NCBI RefSeq assembly: GCF_963921235.1 | Contig: NC_086107.1 | Span: forward strand, 97,900,001 to 97,964,000 | Length of the DNA stretch: 64,000 bases | DNA from: Mobula hypostoma | Taxonomy: Eukaryota | Reading direction: 5' to 3' | Part shown: positions 51,191 to 63,262 of the stretch, in pieces | Position numbering within the stretch: the stretch's first letter is position 1 | Layout of the letters: each line of letters starts with the position of its first letter | Position numbers and translations under genes: made by a program | The notes under the pieces: generated by a model | The model's database searches: none | What the model saw: the letters and a program-made list of their open reading frames with translations, nothing else | Told to the model about the DNA's origin: nothing

Positions 51191-52864
51191 TATGTAATAC
51201 ATTTGGCCCTGTTTGTCCGGATCATTGATACAAACCATGACCTCAACATCGATCCCCGTCACAGGGTCACACCTGAAAATGACTCATTTATTGCTACTGT
51301 TCATCTTCTGAACCAATCAAATCCACAATGTTAGCCGTAGAATCCTTTCCTCTGGTCTTAATCAACACTGCATTGTATCTTATCAAAAGGCCTAATGCAC
51401 CACACCTACACTCTTCCCTTGCCATCTGTTTTATGAGTTCATCTATTTTATAATCTCCAATAAATTCAATGGGCATTAATTTTAAGCCTTCTCTTGTATT
51501 CTCCTCGGGTTAAATCCAAAATTTTCCAAATGTCTGTGCTTGTTGCTTTCTGTTTGACACATTGCTACATCTTCCCTATGGACTTTTCTTGCCGTCCATA
51601 ACTATGTCACTTTTTCTGCTGGTGTTTTGAAGGATATACTATGTACTGATTCCATTGTTGGGCACTGTTGGTTTACCATTTAATAGTTTTCGGGTTTTCT
51701 ATGACTGGCACTTAGTCTTTGTGGTCTGATTTATTTTACTTTCATTTTATTTTATTTTATTTTCAAACCCTGGTTTTCCAACTGAATTAACAATTTACAA
51801 ACCTGATATAAAGTGTCATTTTTTTTGACACCTCTCCATGAGAGCTTCTTGACTAGGCCATCCCTTTCACAATATGCAGTAACAGTTTCCTTTGCAATTG
51901 GCTAATCTAGAAAACCGTCTCTTCCAAACTTAATTTCATCCTTTGGACTATTGCTGCTGATTTAGTTTGCTGATCTACAACCCCTCCCCTAATGATTACT
52001 GGCACATCTAATTTATACTATACCCTACATTCATCGTCACCATTACGTGCCGAGTCGTATGACATTGGTAGAGACGTATCTCCACCCTGCCACCCACCCT
52101 GCATTACCCCTCCTGTTTGGGGTCTACCTAATTGACTTTTTGACCCTTGTCCTTTCTTAGCCCCATCCAGACTAAAATTCTCCCATTTTACTGATTTATT
52201 TCCTTCTTTAAAGTTAGGGCTACCTCATTTTCCTCTGCCATTTGATTTCTCAATGGACATTGAACCCATGAACACTACCTCACTACTTAAAAAAATATTT
52301 CTGCATCACTTATTTTAACATAACTATTTAATATACATATAGACACTGTAAATAATTTTCCTATATTTATCATGTATTGCATTGTACTGCTACCACAAAG
52401 ACAAATTTTATTACATGTGCTAGTGACATTAAACCTGATTCTGATTTTGTTTTCTATTTCACCTCTATTCCAAGAATATTCTAGGATATTCAATTCTCAA
52501 TCCTGGCCACCTTGCAACGAGGTCTCAGTAAATGGCTATTAGTGTCCCGTTTATTCCAGTCATGATTATACTTGCTTTATTACACCTGTTGCATATGTTT
52601 GTGTGAAGAGCCAACGGTTCTAACTTCGTAGCTATTCTCTGCTCTGTGAAGGTATTTCTATGTTTTCTAGGCTCCATCCCTCCTGACTTACTCTGGTGAT
52701 TATCCTGCATTGTGTCGTTCTTTTCCTCTAACTTGCAGTTATTCCCCCACCAGGATCTGGCTCTCCCATTGCTCAGTTACAAACAGCCCTGGTTATTCAG
52801 TTCAGTAGGATAGTGGTCCCAGAACAAGTGAAGACAGTTCCAATACAACACACGTCAAAGTTGC

Positions 52865-53320
52865 ACTCTAACTTGACTTCTCTAACTTCCACTAGTGCCC
52901 CACCTCCCCCTTGTACCCCATCCGTTATTTATTTATATACACGCATTCTTTCTCTCTCTCCTTTTTCTCCCTCTGTCCTTCTTGACTATACCCCTTGCCC
53001 ATCCTCTGGGTTCTCCCCCCCCTTTTCTTTCTCCCTGGGCCTCCTGTCCCATGATCCTCTCATATCCCTTTTGCCTATCACCTGTCCAGCTCTTGGTTCC
53101 ATTCCTCCCCCTCCTGTCTTCTCCTATCATTTTGGATCTCCCTCTCCCCCTCCCCCTTTCAAATCTCTTACTAGCTCTTCCTTCAGTTAGTCCTGATGAA
53201 GGATCTCGGCCCGAAACGTTGACTGTACCTCTTCCTAGAGATGCTGCCTGGCCTGCTGCGTTCACCAGCAACTTTGATGTGTGTTGCTTGAATTTCCAGC
53301 ATCTGCAGAATTCCTCGTGT
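52865..53320 (+). mobile_element. Penelope-like element 3' end in KDELR3 intron 3
   Basis: Closely similar to 38835-39355 but without the expanded CCCCCT array. Confidence 0.88.
53189..53224 (+). ncRNA. Minimal hammerhead motif, core intact, weakened stem II
   Basis: AGTC-CTGATGA-AGGATCTCGGCCC-GAAAC-GTT-GACT; GUU triplet; AACGTT palindrome. Confidence 0.68.
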
Positions 53321-53721
53321 TTACAGTTCCAATATGACAGCTTCCCCAGTCCCCTGTGGTCAAGGATGTCCCGCTTCCAGTCTGATTCTGTGGGTGATGA
53401 ATATGAAATTGCAGCCTCTTCCACAGTTGGGGCAGGTCGATAGTTTGTGAGGTGGGAAGGGTTTTCCACCACCGTGTTTTTGCGTGCTTCCGAATCACGG
53501 CCTCAATACCATCCCAAATGCCCTTGTGCTAATTTCTTCCCTTTCAGAGGCAGGAATAAAGCACCTCTTCCAAGAACACCACGCACGAAATGCTGGAGGA
53601 ACTCAGCAAGTAGTATCTGTGGGGGAGGGGGTGAATGAACAGTCAACATTTCAGGCCAAGCCCCTTCATCAACTTAACTTGCTTAGTTCCTTCAGCATTT
53701 TGTGTGAGTTGTTCAGCTTAA

Positions 53722-54125
53722 TATAGTTATAGTCATACTTTATTGATCCCGGGGGAAATTGGTTTTTGTTACAGTTGTACTATAAATAATAAATAGTAAT
53801 AAAACCATAAATAGTTAAATAGTAATATGTAAATTATGCCAGGAAATAAGTCCAGGACCAGCCTATTGGCTCAGAGTGTCTGACCCTCCAAGGGAGGAGT
53901 TGTAAAGTTTGACAGCCACAGGCAGGAATGACTTCCTATGACGCTCTGTGCTGCATCTCGGTGGAATGAGTCTCTGGCTGAATGTACTCCTGTGCCCAAC
54001 CAGTCCATTATGTAGTGGATGGGAGACATTGTCCAAGATGGCATGCAACTTGGACAGCATCCTCTTTTCAGACACCACCGTCAGAGAGTCCAGTTCCATC
54101 CCCACAACATCACTGGCCTTACCAA
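53722..54125 (-). mobile_element. Rex1/Babar-type LINE 3' end
   Basis: KASDVVG...KLHAILDNVSHPLH...RCSTERHRKSFLPVAVKLYN*, then AATAAAGTATGACTAT tail on the minus strand. Confidence 0.85.
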
Positions 54126-55825
54126 TGAACAACATCTGCAGAATCTTTTGCTTACCTGTTACAGGAGATGGCCATACAAGTGATGGTGTCTTAGTTTAAT
54201 AATGGCTGAGTGAGTGTGGGGATGTTGGCCATGGTGAGGTTCTGACATCAGTTTAAATATTCTTCCAAAGAATTTGGGGGTGGGGGTGGAGGGGGCTTGT
54301 ATGGAGACAACGGCGGTGCTGTCTCTCCGGTGCCTTGAGGCACCTGCTCTAGGGAGTGCTTGATAAATTTCTGCTGCTGGTGGTACACAGCCTATTTTGA
54401 GCTGCCTGATTTGGTCTGAGTACATCCTATTGACCTTCAGGACTCTTCCAGCAAGGTAGTAGGGCTGCTATCAAGCTACTCTCACCTGGAGTACACGCTT
54501 TGTATCCCTTTCCCAAGTACCCAAATTGGGGTTCAAGAATGTTGGGTGGTTTTCTTGTCCATTGCACTTATGGGATCTTCAATTAATTTTGAGGGCTCCC
54601 TCCTCCCTGTATACCACCATACTTGCTTGCTGCCTCTGGTGTGTCTCCCTGCTGGTGAGGCAGATGTCCCAGGGGATTGTGGATAATGACATATTCAGCT
54701 CAGTATCTGTCAGGTATGATTAGATTGAACAGGGCTCCTGAGACCAGTCTCTGGACTGATTGGGCTGGATGTGATTTTTACTGTGTCGTGAGCTTGGTTA
54801 CCTCCTCCTGGATTCATGTTCTTCCAGAACTGGATTGCTGACCAATGGGCAAATGTAGTTGTACTTAACTGGATTTTCTTTCCTGAATGATCAAGATGGG
54901 TCTTGAACAATCTGAAGTTTCATGATCACCATTACCAAGAGTAGTTAATTCACTTGTTCTGTCAAGTTCCTCAGCTGCCATAGTGAGAGTTGAATATGCA
55001 TTTGTCTATCTGGTTCACATTGTGTTTTTCCAATGACTGGTGCCCGGGGTCAGTAATGTTTGCATGTCAATATCACTCTGGAGTTAACAGTCTGAATTAA
55101 TGTACTTTGTGGTCTAGTTCATTACTGGCCTATTCCATCACTGCAATGCTTTATGAAACCTGACTTGCTCCAATGCCATCCGCCACACTGTTCCATAAAC
55201 ACCAACTGACCAAGCATAAGCAGCAATGTTACAAATAAAAAACATCAAAACCTGGGTTGAGTTGTAGAGACAATTGTAAGTGATGGTTTGCGATTGTGGT
55301 TCCTTTGTTTGCACACTGATGTTTCAGTGCAAGGATGGCTGTTGAGTTGTATGGAGCCTTTGTGAATGATGTGGACAGTGCAGGGATTTCAGTGATATGT
55401 CCAACCTCCAAGGTGCTTTTTCGTCAGCTAAGCATGAGGAATTCAATGCTGCCATCCTCAACCCCAATCTAGCTTCTAGATCTAGTACATATTTTTTGTA
55501 AATGCCAAACCAGCTGGATCACTATTTATTCCTTTTTTTCCTATGCTGGGTTTCTCATTGTTCTTCGCATTGCTATTGTCAGTTAAATAATATCTACTAA
55601 AATCCCTTTCCGATTTGACCTACTGTTTCAAAAATCTCCAGATCCTTTCTAGCCCTTGGCTCCCTCATTCCCAACTTCTCTCCGAATTCTTAATCAATTT
55701 GGCTCATTCAATCCTCCCTAAATCTAGTGCTGATGGATTTGCTTCAAATGTGAACCTGTGATAGTCTAGTGGAGTCATTGCATGCTGATTTTCCAACTTA
55801 GATTCAATTTTGCCTTAATTTTCAG

Positions 55826-56078
55826 ATTTGTTGGACATTCTCCATTTACCTGGAATCAGTTGCCATACTGCCACAGCTCTTCATGATCACCAAAACTGGT
55901 GAGGCAGAGACGATCACTACTCACTACCTGTTTTTTCTGGGAGTGTATCGGGCTCTATATCTTGCCAACTGGATCTGGCGTTACCAGACAGAAGGGTTCT
56001 TTGATCAGATTGCAGTGGTGTCTGGGGTTGTGCAAACAATCTTCTACTGTGACTTCTTCTACCTCTACATCACTAAAG
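55826..56078 (+). CDS. KDELR3: KDELR3 exon 4 ([53 protein letters not shown]...[11 protein letters not shown])
   Basis: tttcag| acceptor, |gtgagt donor; 253 bp; [10 protein letters not shown] signature. Confidence 0.97.
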
Positions 56079-56783
56079 GTGAGTACCAACCCTCTAAGCT
56101 TTCTTCTGGGTGTGGCCACAACTGAATTCTGTAAATGTCAAATTTAGTGCAAGGGTTGGTAATGCTGTAACTTCCATTGTAAGCTTGAGATACATGTGAG
56201 GTGAAATGCAAATTCAAAATAATTATGCTGCCATACGACCTGGATACAGGCCCTTCGCCTAACCAGTTCATGATGAACAAGGTGCCTACCTGGCTAGTCC
56301 CAATTGACTATTCAACCCATATCCCTCCTTGGGCCTAACCAAGAGCCTTTTAAATGGCAGAAAAGGTTCCATGCTTTCACTAAAGGGACAGCTGTGGACA
56401 CTTTACATGCATCACCACTAATTTGTCAGCACAGTGAGAAAATTAGGGGAGTGGAAGAGTGTAGTAGCCCTGGTGAGTACAGATTGAATCATTACAAAGA
56501 AAAGCTGTGTGAAGCACGCAGAAATAGCCAAAGATTCAAGACTTCCGTTTTAGCCAAAAACCACATTTTAGCAGATATTTTAACTTTTGTTCTTTGTAAT
56601 AAAAATAGCAAATTGAAGACTTGATAATAATTTGTCCCAGAATGGCTTGGGCAGGAGATTCAAATTCAGGACGAAACAACACATGAACATTAGGGTGGGT
56701 GCAAACCTAGGTGTTTAGGGCGTACCGTTCTGTGTGGTCTTCACTTCTTGCTTCTGATTATATATATTTTTTTTATTTTTCAG

Positions 56784-56824
56784 TGCTGAAAGGAAAGAAC
56801 CTGGGCCTTCCCTTACCTGTCTGA
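56784..56824 (+). CDS. KDELR3: KDELR3 exon 5 (VLKGKNLGLPLPV*)
   Basis: T-rich tract and cag| acceptor; TGA at 56822-56824. Total CDS 645 bp = 214 aa. Length, LPxPx end and adjacency to DDX17 identify paralog 3. Confidence 0.92.
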
Positions 56825-58109
56825 GACCAGTGTCACATACCATGCAAGCAACACACCACAGTGCACATGTACAAGTGAAAGATGGGAAGTGGTTTTTAAT
56901 GAAATGGAACTGAAATATGATAAGGAGAGATTGTAACAGAAGTGTGTGGGTGCTGAATGGCATTATTCTTCAACCATGTAATTAGCACAGCGGATAACCT
57001 GCAGTATTGCCAAGTCTTTCTTACCAAAGACCCCAAACCATTTCCTAACCCTCACTATGGGGACACAAGTTCTCTTCCCACCTGACAATTAAAAAACTTA
57101 CTTATAATGTTCAAATGTACCTTTTAATTGTGACCCATGATATATCTGTTTATAATTGTGCAATGAAAGTCCACCTTGAACATAGGACATCTATATTAAA
57201 AAAGTGAAAATCATTTTCCCCAGTTACTTATCTGTACTGCAACACATCCTTACCCCAACCTGGCATAAAAAAATCCAGAAGGAAGATGAGCATTATAAAA
57301 AGATGAATTACATTTGGGAGATATTAAATGATTTACATAGAACCACCATAGGTACAATAGGATTGTTTCATTCTACATGTGACATTTAATTACTATTTTT
57401 CAGTAGCCCTAATTTATTCCACATTACACTAAATACTGTTCCCCTCATTTAGGATCAAAATACTCTATAACTATAACCCAGGGAGCAATTTGCCTGAATC
57501 ACTTACCACTGATGCTTTAACTTAAAAATATTCATTACCAACACCATGAAGACAACAGCCATTATTCCTGGAGTAGAGGGCAGGATAACCCTTAACATGG
57601 GTGGTCCTGCTTTTTGATGGTTGCAGCTACGGCTGGAGTCAGGTTTGCTTCATGAGGTTTACATGGTTCAAGTGTGGCCAACTGTGATCAGAGCAGAACC
57701 CAGACAACTCTGCATTGTCCATCAAGTGCTTCATACTTTGTATTTCTATTATTACTTTTGTAAAAATATTAATATAACCATCACTGTAACTGCCTGAAAT
57801 GTTTGCAGCAACTTTCTTCTTTCCTGATAATATTGCCATGTTATGTAGAATGGTTATCACTTCTAACCCTCTGCAAAGTGCAGAATGAGAATGAAGAGGC
57901 ACTGATGACATGGAAGATTATTGAGGGATATTAGAAGAAAGTGAACCAATTAAGTCAGAGGGGTGTGGTGGAGTCAGGGAGAAGACAGAGCATAATAGGG
58001 AGGGTGGGTAAATTGGTATTTGTTCTGCAATAGACTGTATATTTTGAACCCCACAGTGTTTCGAGTATTTATTTTAATGTTTCCAGGCTAGCTTGCATTT
58101 AGAAAAAGC

Positions 58110-61100
58110 AGACATTCCTTTGGTAAATCTCTTTATTACTGGAAATGCAAAATACAAGAAAACCAGTACAGTATCAAAATAGCACATTATTAAGACTGAC
58201 ACTGGGTACAACTTAACAAGGTGAAACACAGCTTGCCTAAGTTGCTGAGATGCTTCACCAGCTGCAGGATTCCTAGAGTTTAAGAGCAGTCATAGGTGGG
58301 CCTTATCAAATCCCAGAGAAATTTTAAACTGTTTCAATTGCATAGAGCAAATCATCAATAACATCAAAGTCAATTGTGGCACTGTTAAATCCTGCAATTT
58401 GTTCAGTGATGGGGGAACCTCATCAAAACGGGTTTTAAAGTGTGCAGAAATACTATCAGTGTGATGGCCAATACTTCTCACTTTTCCTAGAACCTACTGG
58501 TTCAATCTCTTGGCTGTTTATTTTCTACTGAGCAGAATGTAACCAATTAATGAACATTCAACAACTGACAAAATTACCAAAAAGCATGAGACTCCTAGCT
58601 ATAGCAGAAACTAACTCGGGAAAAATTCCACAGGCTGCAACCAAGCTGCACACAAGAATACCGATAACATGCAAAATGATTTGCAGCAAATAAAACTCAA
58701 GACACTGGTTTCTGTTTGTCTCTCTCAGAGAATGCAGCAGTATTGTGGGAAACATACCATCACACAACTTACTGCGACCACGATTTGCTTTGAACAGGCA
58801 ACTAGCAACTGGTAGTAGTGCTGACAGTCTACTCGGGAAGAAAAAACTTGGTCCCAGCTGCCCAAGGACACCTTCATAAAAGTACTGACATTACAACTGC
58901 TTCACTTCTTTCACACATTAACTTCAGAACAACATCATTTAAATTACCCTGACTGACCACCAACCCCCCCACCTCTTGCTCTAAATCAGAAATATCTACA
59001 GGGGCTACCTCTTGAGTGCAAGTAAAAGGATTGATGCTGGATCCAAGACCAATAAAATTTTGCACAGCCAAATCACCTCCATTTATGGTAATCTGTTATT
59101 GTTACCAACAGGAAAAATAGTGCATTTCATGAACTGAACTTCTCACCCGACAACCACTTGCATCTACACATTTGCAGACATAAAAACCAGATTCACAGCA
59201 ATTCAAATCTTTTACAGGAATAATGCTACTAATTGAAAGCAGAATAATGTGCACACAAGAGACAGTAAAGGTTATTCATTTTGCCGTGTGGCCAGGGATT
59301 ACAGCCCAGTGTTTTTTTAAAAGTTCAAATTTCAACTAATTTGCATCTTTTTGTTATAACTTCCTAATTAATAATGATAGTAAATTTGGACCTATGAAGA
59401 ACTCTAGGAAAGTAGTTCTGAAGCTCTGCCATACAATCTTAACCCTACTTCTAATAAAACTTCCAAAAAATCATTTAAAAATTAAATTCAGCTACAACAG
59501 CTTTTCTATTATAATGCCTCCAAACAAGTGAATGGACTTTAAATGAGCTCATTTATGAAACACCTACCTTCAACGAAACATCCAGCATTCAAACATTTGG
59601 AAAAAATGTCAGTAGCATGAATGGCTAGCAACATAACTAAAAACTGGCCAATTATACTTGAGAAAATAGTCAAATTAACTTGAACATCAATGCAACAGGA
59701 ACAAGCCACTGATACTAAATATGGAAAAATTGTTCAGATAATGGTGGTCTGAAGTATTAGATTGATCCCAATTCTGCAACTTGTCATCTATCAGTTAGCT
59801 TTAGTACCTGAAGGATTGCACAACTGTTCTTGGGTAATGGAGCGAGTAACACGATGGGCACCATAGCCTTGTTGAGTAAATTCCAGTTTTTCAGGTTGTC
59901 AATTTAAAGTATTTGGAAATCACTGAGTTGGACCTCACTGGCATATTACTGCAACAAAACATGTTCACTTTATAAAGGAAACTAGGAATAACTTACATCA
60001 ATGTGAAACTGTTACACCCTTCCCTCCCCACAGGTGCTAGCTGACCTTGTCTTTATATTGGAAATGACCCAAGTATAAAATCAGACAGGCTTGGGTAGCA
60101 TGGGGACTGGTGTTTGGGTGGTGTCAGCTGAATGTCACTTTCAGACTAGCTTACTGTGATGCCACTCCCACTTCCCCACAGGCTGCCACCGTTCTAAGTT
60201 TTGCCTATGTATGGTACTGGTGAAAATTCAATGCACCATCTAGCCGGTCAATAACTAACACCAGCATCTATCACCTCAACCTCCAGGTTAACGTCCAATT
60301 CACCTTTCCACCACTCAGCTTTCCTATCCCCAGCACGTTGTGACAATTTTACAGCCAAGGTGTTCAGTCAAAATGCCTATGCTTGGTAAAATATATAAAT
60401 ATAGAACCAAAAAGATTTTTTGTGAACTTTAGTCCCCCCACTGATGACAAGAGTAGCTATAATAAATTTCAACACTATTAAGAATTTCCACTGTAAGAAA
60501 CCTAAAATGAAGCATAATTTTTGATGGATATGCAAAAACTGAAAAATCTGACAACTTTTTCACTTGTCATATTATAACAATTATTTTCATTTGAAATTTC
60601 TGTTGTCACAATGAAAATAAGGGTCAAATCTGAACCTCTGGCTTCAGATTATATCTGAATTACAGGAATATTCCACATCCTGATAGAATTGCACTATATT
60701 AGCAGAGACACAAAACCTACCTTTTTAAAAGATAAAATTATTTTAAAATATTTCTGGAGAGTGGTTGAACCCAGAGCACCATGGAGCTTGCTTACTCACT
60801 AGGTTCAAAGGGCCAAGCAATAATCCAATGATCTGCCACCAATTCACAGAGTGATCAGCAGCTCAGCTCTGTGCCATGATTTGCAAGTATTCACACTTGT
60901 GCAGATCATCTATCAGTAAGATTTAAGGTGGACTTCAGTAAACGTTTAACAAGTGGATCAATGTCACAAGGTTTGCTGTGCAGCACACTATTGTAACAAA
61001 GTAAAGGTGAATACAACTGTATAATTTACTTTTTTAGTTTCGCTGTTCAGTAGAAAATGGAATTGATGCCTATATCTTTACAAACAGGGGAACAAAACAT

Positions 61101-61123
61101 GAATTTTAGAAAAGCAAAATTAT
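58110..61123 (-). other. Probable ~3 kb DDX17 3'UTR
   Basis: AT-rich with no recognisable TE; ends at a strong minus-strand poly(A) context. Confidence 0.6.
58132..58137 (-). terminator. Probable DDX17 polyadenylation signal
   Basis: Minus strand reads TGTACTGGTTTTCTTGTATTTTGCATTTCCAGT-AATAAA-GAGATTTACCAAAGGAA-TGTCTGCTTTTT: upstream UGUA and downstream GU/U-rich element. A second AATAAA lies at 58068-58073. Confidence 0.62.
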
Positions 61124-61770
61124 TTATTTACGGGTTGTTCCCTGTGAAGGGGGAGGTGGTGGGGGTGGTGGCGTGTACTGGTAGTTTCCCTGGGACATAT
61201 AACCCAACAATGAGTTGCTCTGTTGATATGTTTGAGATAACAGTGGCTGTGGCTGTGGCTGTGGCTGTTGCCCCATCCCGTTCTGCCGGTATTGTGGTGC
61301 TGTCTGTGAAGGCCGCCCTCCACTGGCAGATGTCGTAGCATTGAAATTATTGGAGGCATAAGCCACAGCTTGAGCAGCAGTGCCATAACCAGAGGCTCCA
61401 AATGCAGCTGCCGGGGTTGAGGTTTGGAAAGTACCTGATTTTCCAAATGCTGTCTGGGAAGCAACTCCATATACAGTTTGATTAGTAGCCCCAAAAAGCC
61501 CACTTTGGGTAAAGTTAGGGTACTGGATTGACTGTTGTCCAAATACGGTACTCCCAAAACTGCTTGCCTGTGGAGATCGGAAACTCTGCTTACTTAGAGG
61601 ACCTGTAGCATCACGGGACTCTCGCTGCCCCCCAAACCTGCTCCCACCATCTCCCCTATCTCTGCGGTCCCCATCGAGGTCTCTAAAAGACCGGCCGCGA
61701 CTTCTGTCTCGATCATCTCTGTACATGGTGTTAGGATTGGATCCAGTGGGCCGATAACGGGAACGGCCTC
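61124..61770 (-). CDS. DDX17: DEAD-box helicase 17 terminal exon (GRSRY...YQYTPPPPPPPPSQGTTRK*)
   Basis: Minus-strand cttttccctctttag| acceptor (AG at 61772-61771); low-complexity R/D/G then Q/S/G tail ending in poly-Pro-RK, as in DDX17 rather than DDX5; tail-to-tail with KDELR3. Confidence 0.93.
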
Positions 61771-63262
61771 CTAAAGAGGGAAAAGCAAGTTCAATATAGT
61801 ACTTAGAATGAAATTGTACAACACAACATACCATACAAATCTTAACATCTTTTGCCGCTTTAAACAAAGCTGATCATGCACAAATTCTCCAAGCTTACTA
61901 CGAAGCTCCAAATAACTCTCTGCAACCCCACTGCTTCAGCTCATTCTGTCAGGCACACAAAAATCTATCTGGTAGAGCACAACTGATTGGCTTCCCAGCC
62001 ATAGTACATCAAAATTTGCAAAAGCTCAGCCCATCCAGTGCCAGCAGACAGATGACTTCTAAAATATGAAAGCTCAGGTCTGCTTTTGCACAGAACTGAC
62101 AGCATCACCTATCTGACCATTCCATAATACTGCACATCTGCCCTTTTACCTTAAGGAGAAATGCAAGATTGCTTAGATAATTATGTAATAAAAATTGGGA
62201 AAACAAGCTTTAAACCACGTAGCTTTAAACACAAAACTAATAAAGCCAATTTATTACAATAAACCCAAGTAAAAATGCTGGAAACAGTATGTGCGAAATG
62301 TGAGACAGTTAAAGGATGTGGGGTAGGAAACATTGAAAGGATGCACATTCCCAAGAACTACAGCACAGAAATAGGCACTACACCCCACTATACCTGTGTC
62401 GACCATGATACAAATCTCATTCCACCTGCCTGCACATTGCTCATTCATTTATTGTGTCTAAAATGCTTCAATGCCACAATCATATCTGATTCCCCCCACC
62501 TCCCCTGCCAGAGCATTCTAAACAGTTACCACTGTGTTATAAAAAAGCAACTGCTTTGTACAACTCATTTACACTTTTCCTTTCAGCTTAAATCCATATC
62601 CTCTAGTACTTTAGATTTTCACACTGGGGAAAGACTCCATCTACCACATCTATACCATCAATTTTAACTAGATACCTCACACTGGAAGTTAGCTTTGCTT
62701 CTCTCTCCACAGATACTGCCTTGAGCTGCCCAATATTTCCAGCATTTTATGTTTCTCTTTCAAATCCTTCATGTTGTGTGCAGACTCTGACTATAAGGGC
62801 AAGCTTGGTTTCAGTTTAAAGCTCCTTTCATTTTCAATTATAGGAAGATGCAAGTGGCAAACAAGGATTGCATTTATTTGAGGTAATCTGGTTATTTGGA
62901 ATGTGGAGCTCAGGGAGCTAAAGCGATGGAAATAAATAATTCTATGATAGGTAGCATGTGGGGGTTAGAACTGCACTTGATTACCAAGTTATAAGGAAAG
63001 CGGCATGGGGTAAATAATATTAAAGAACCTAATGGCTGTGGCAGAAACAGCACAAGAACTTCGGAAAGAGGCAGCTATTCTATTGGGATGGGCTTTACCT
63101 GAATTTAGTTGGGACCAGTTCCCAGCAAATTGAATTAGACCCGTCGATAGGCTTTTAACTAAATAGTTGGGGGTACGTGGTTTGCATGCAGGATATTTAG
63201 AAAACTGAAGGAAAAATTTTCAACATAATTGTATAAGGGCTAAGAGCGTTATAAAAGCGAGC

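Noticed and set aside
61057..61557. Alternative-frame and antisense ORFs overlapping the DDX17 last exon
   Set aside because: Shadow ORFs of low-complexity coding sequence with no independent support.
61771..61867. N-terminal part of the 247-aa ORF (MFKAAK...FPSL)
   Set aside because: Intronic sequence upstream of the DDX17 acceptor; the ORF is a terminal exon, not a standalone gene.
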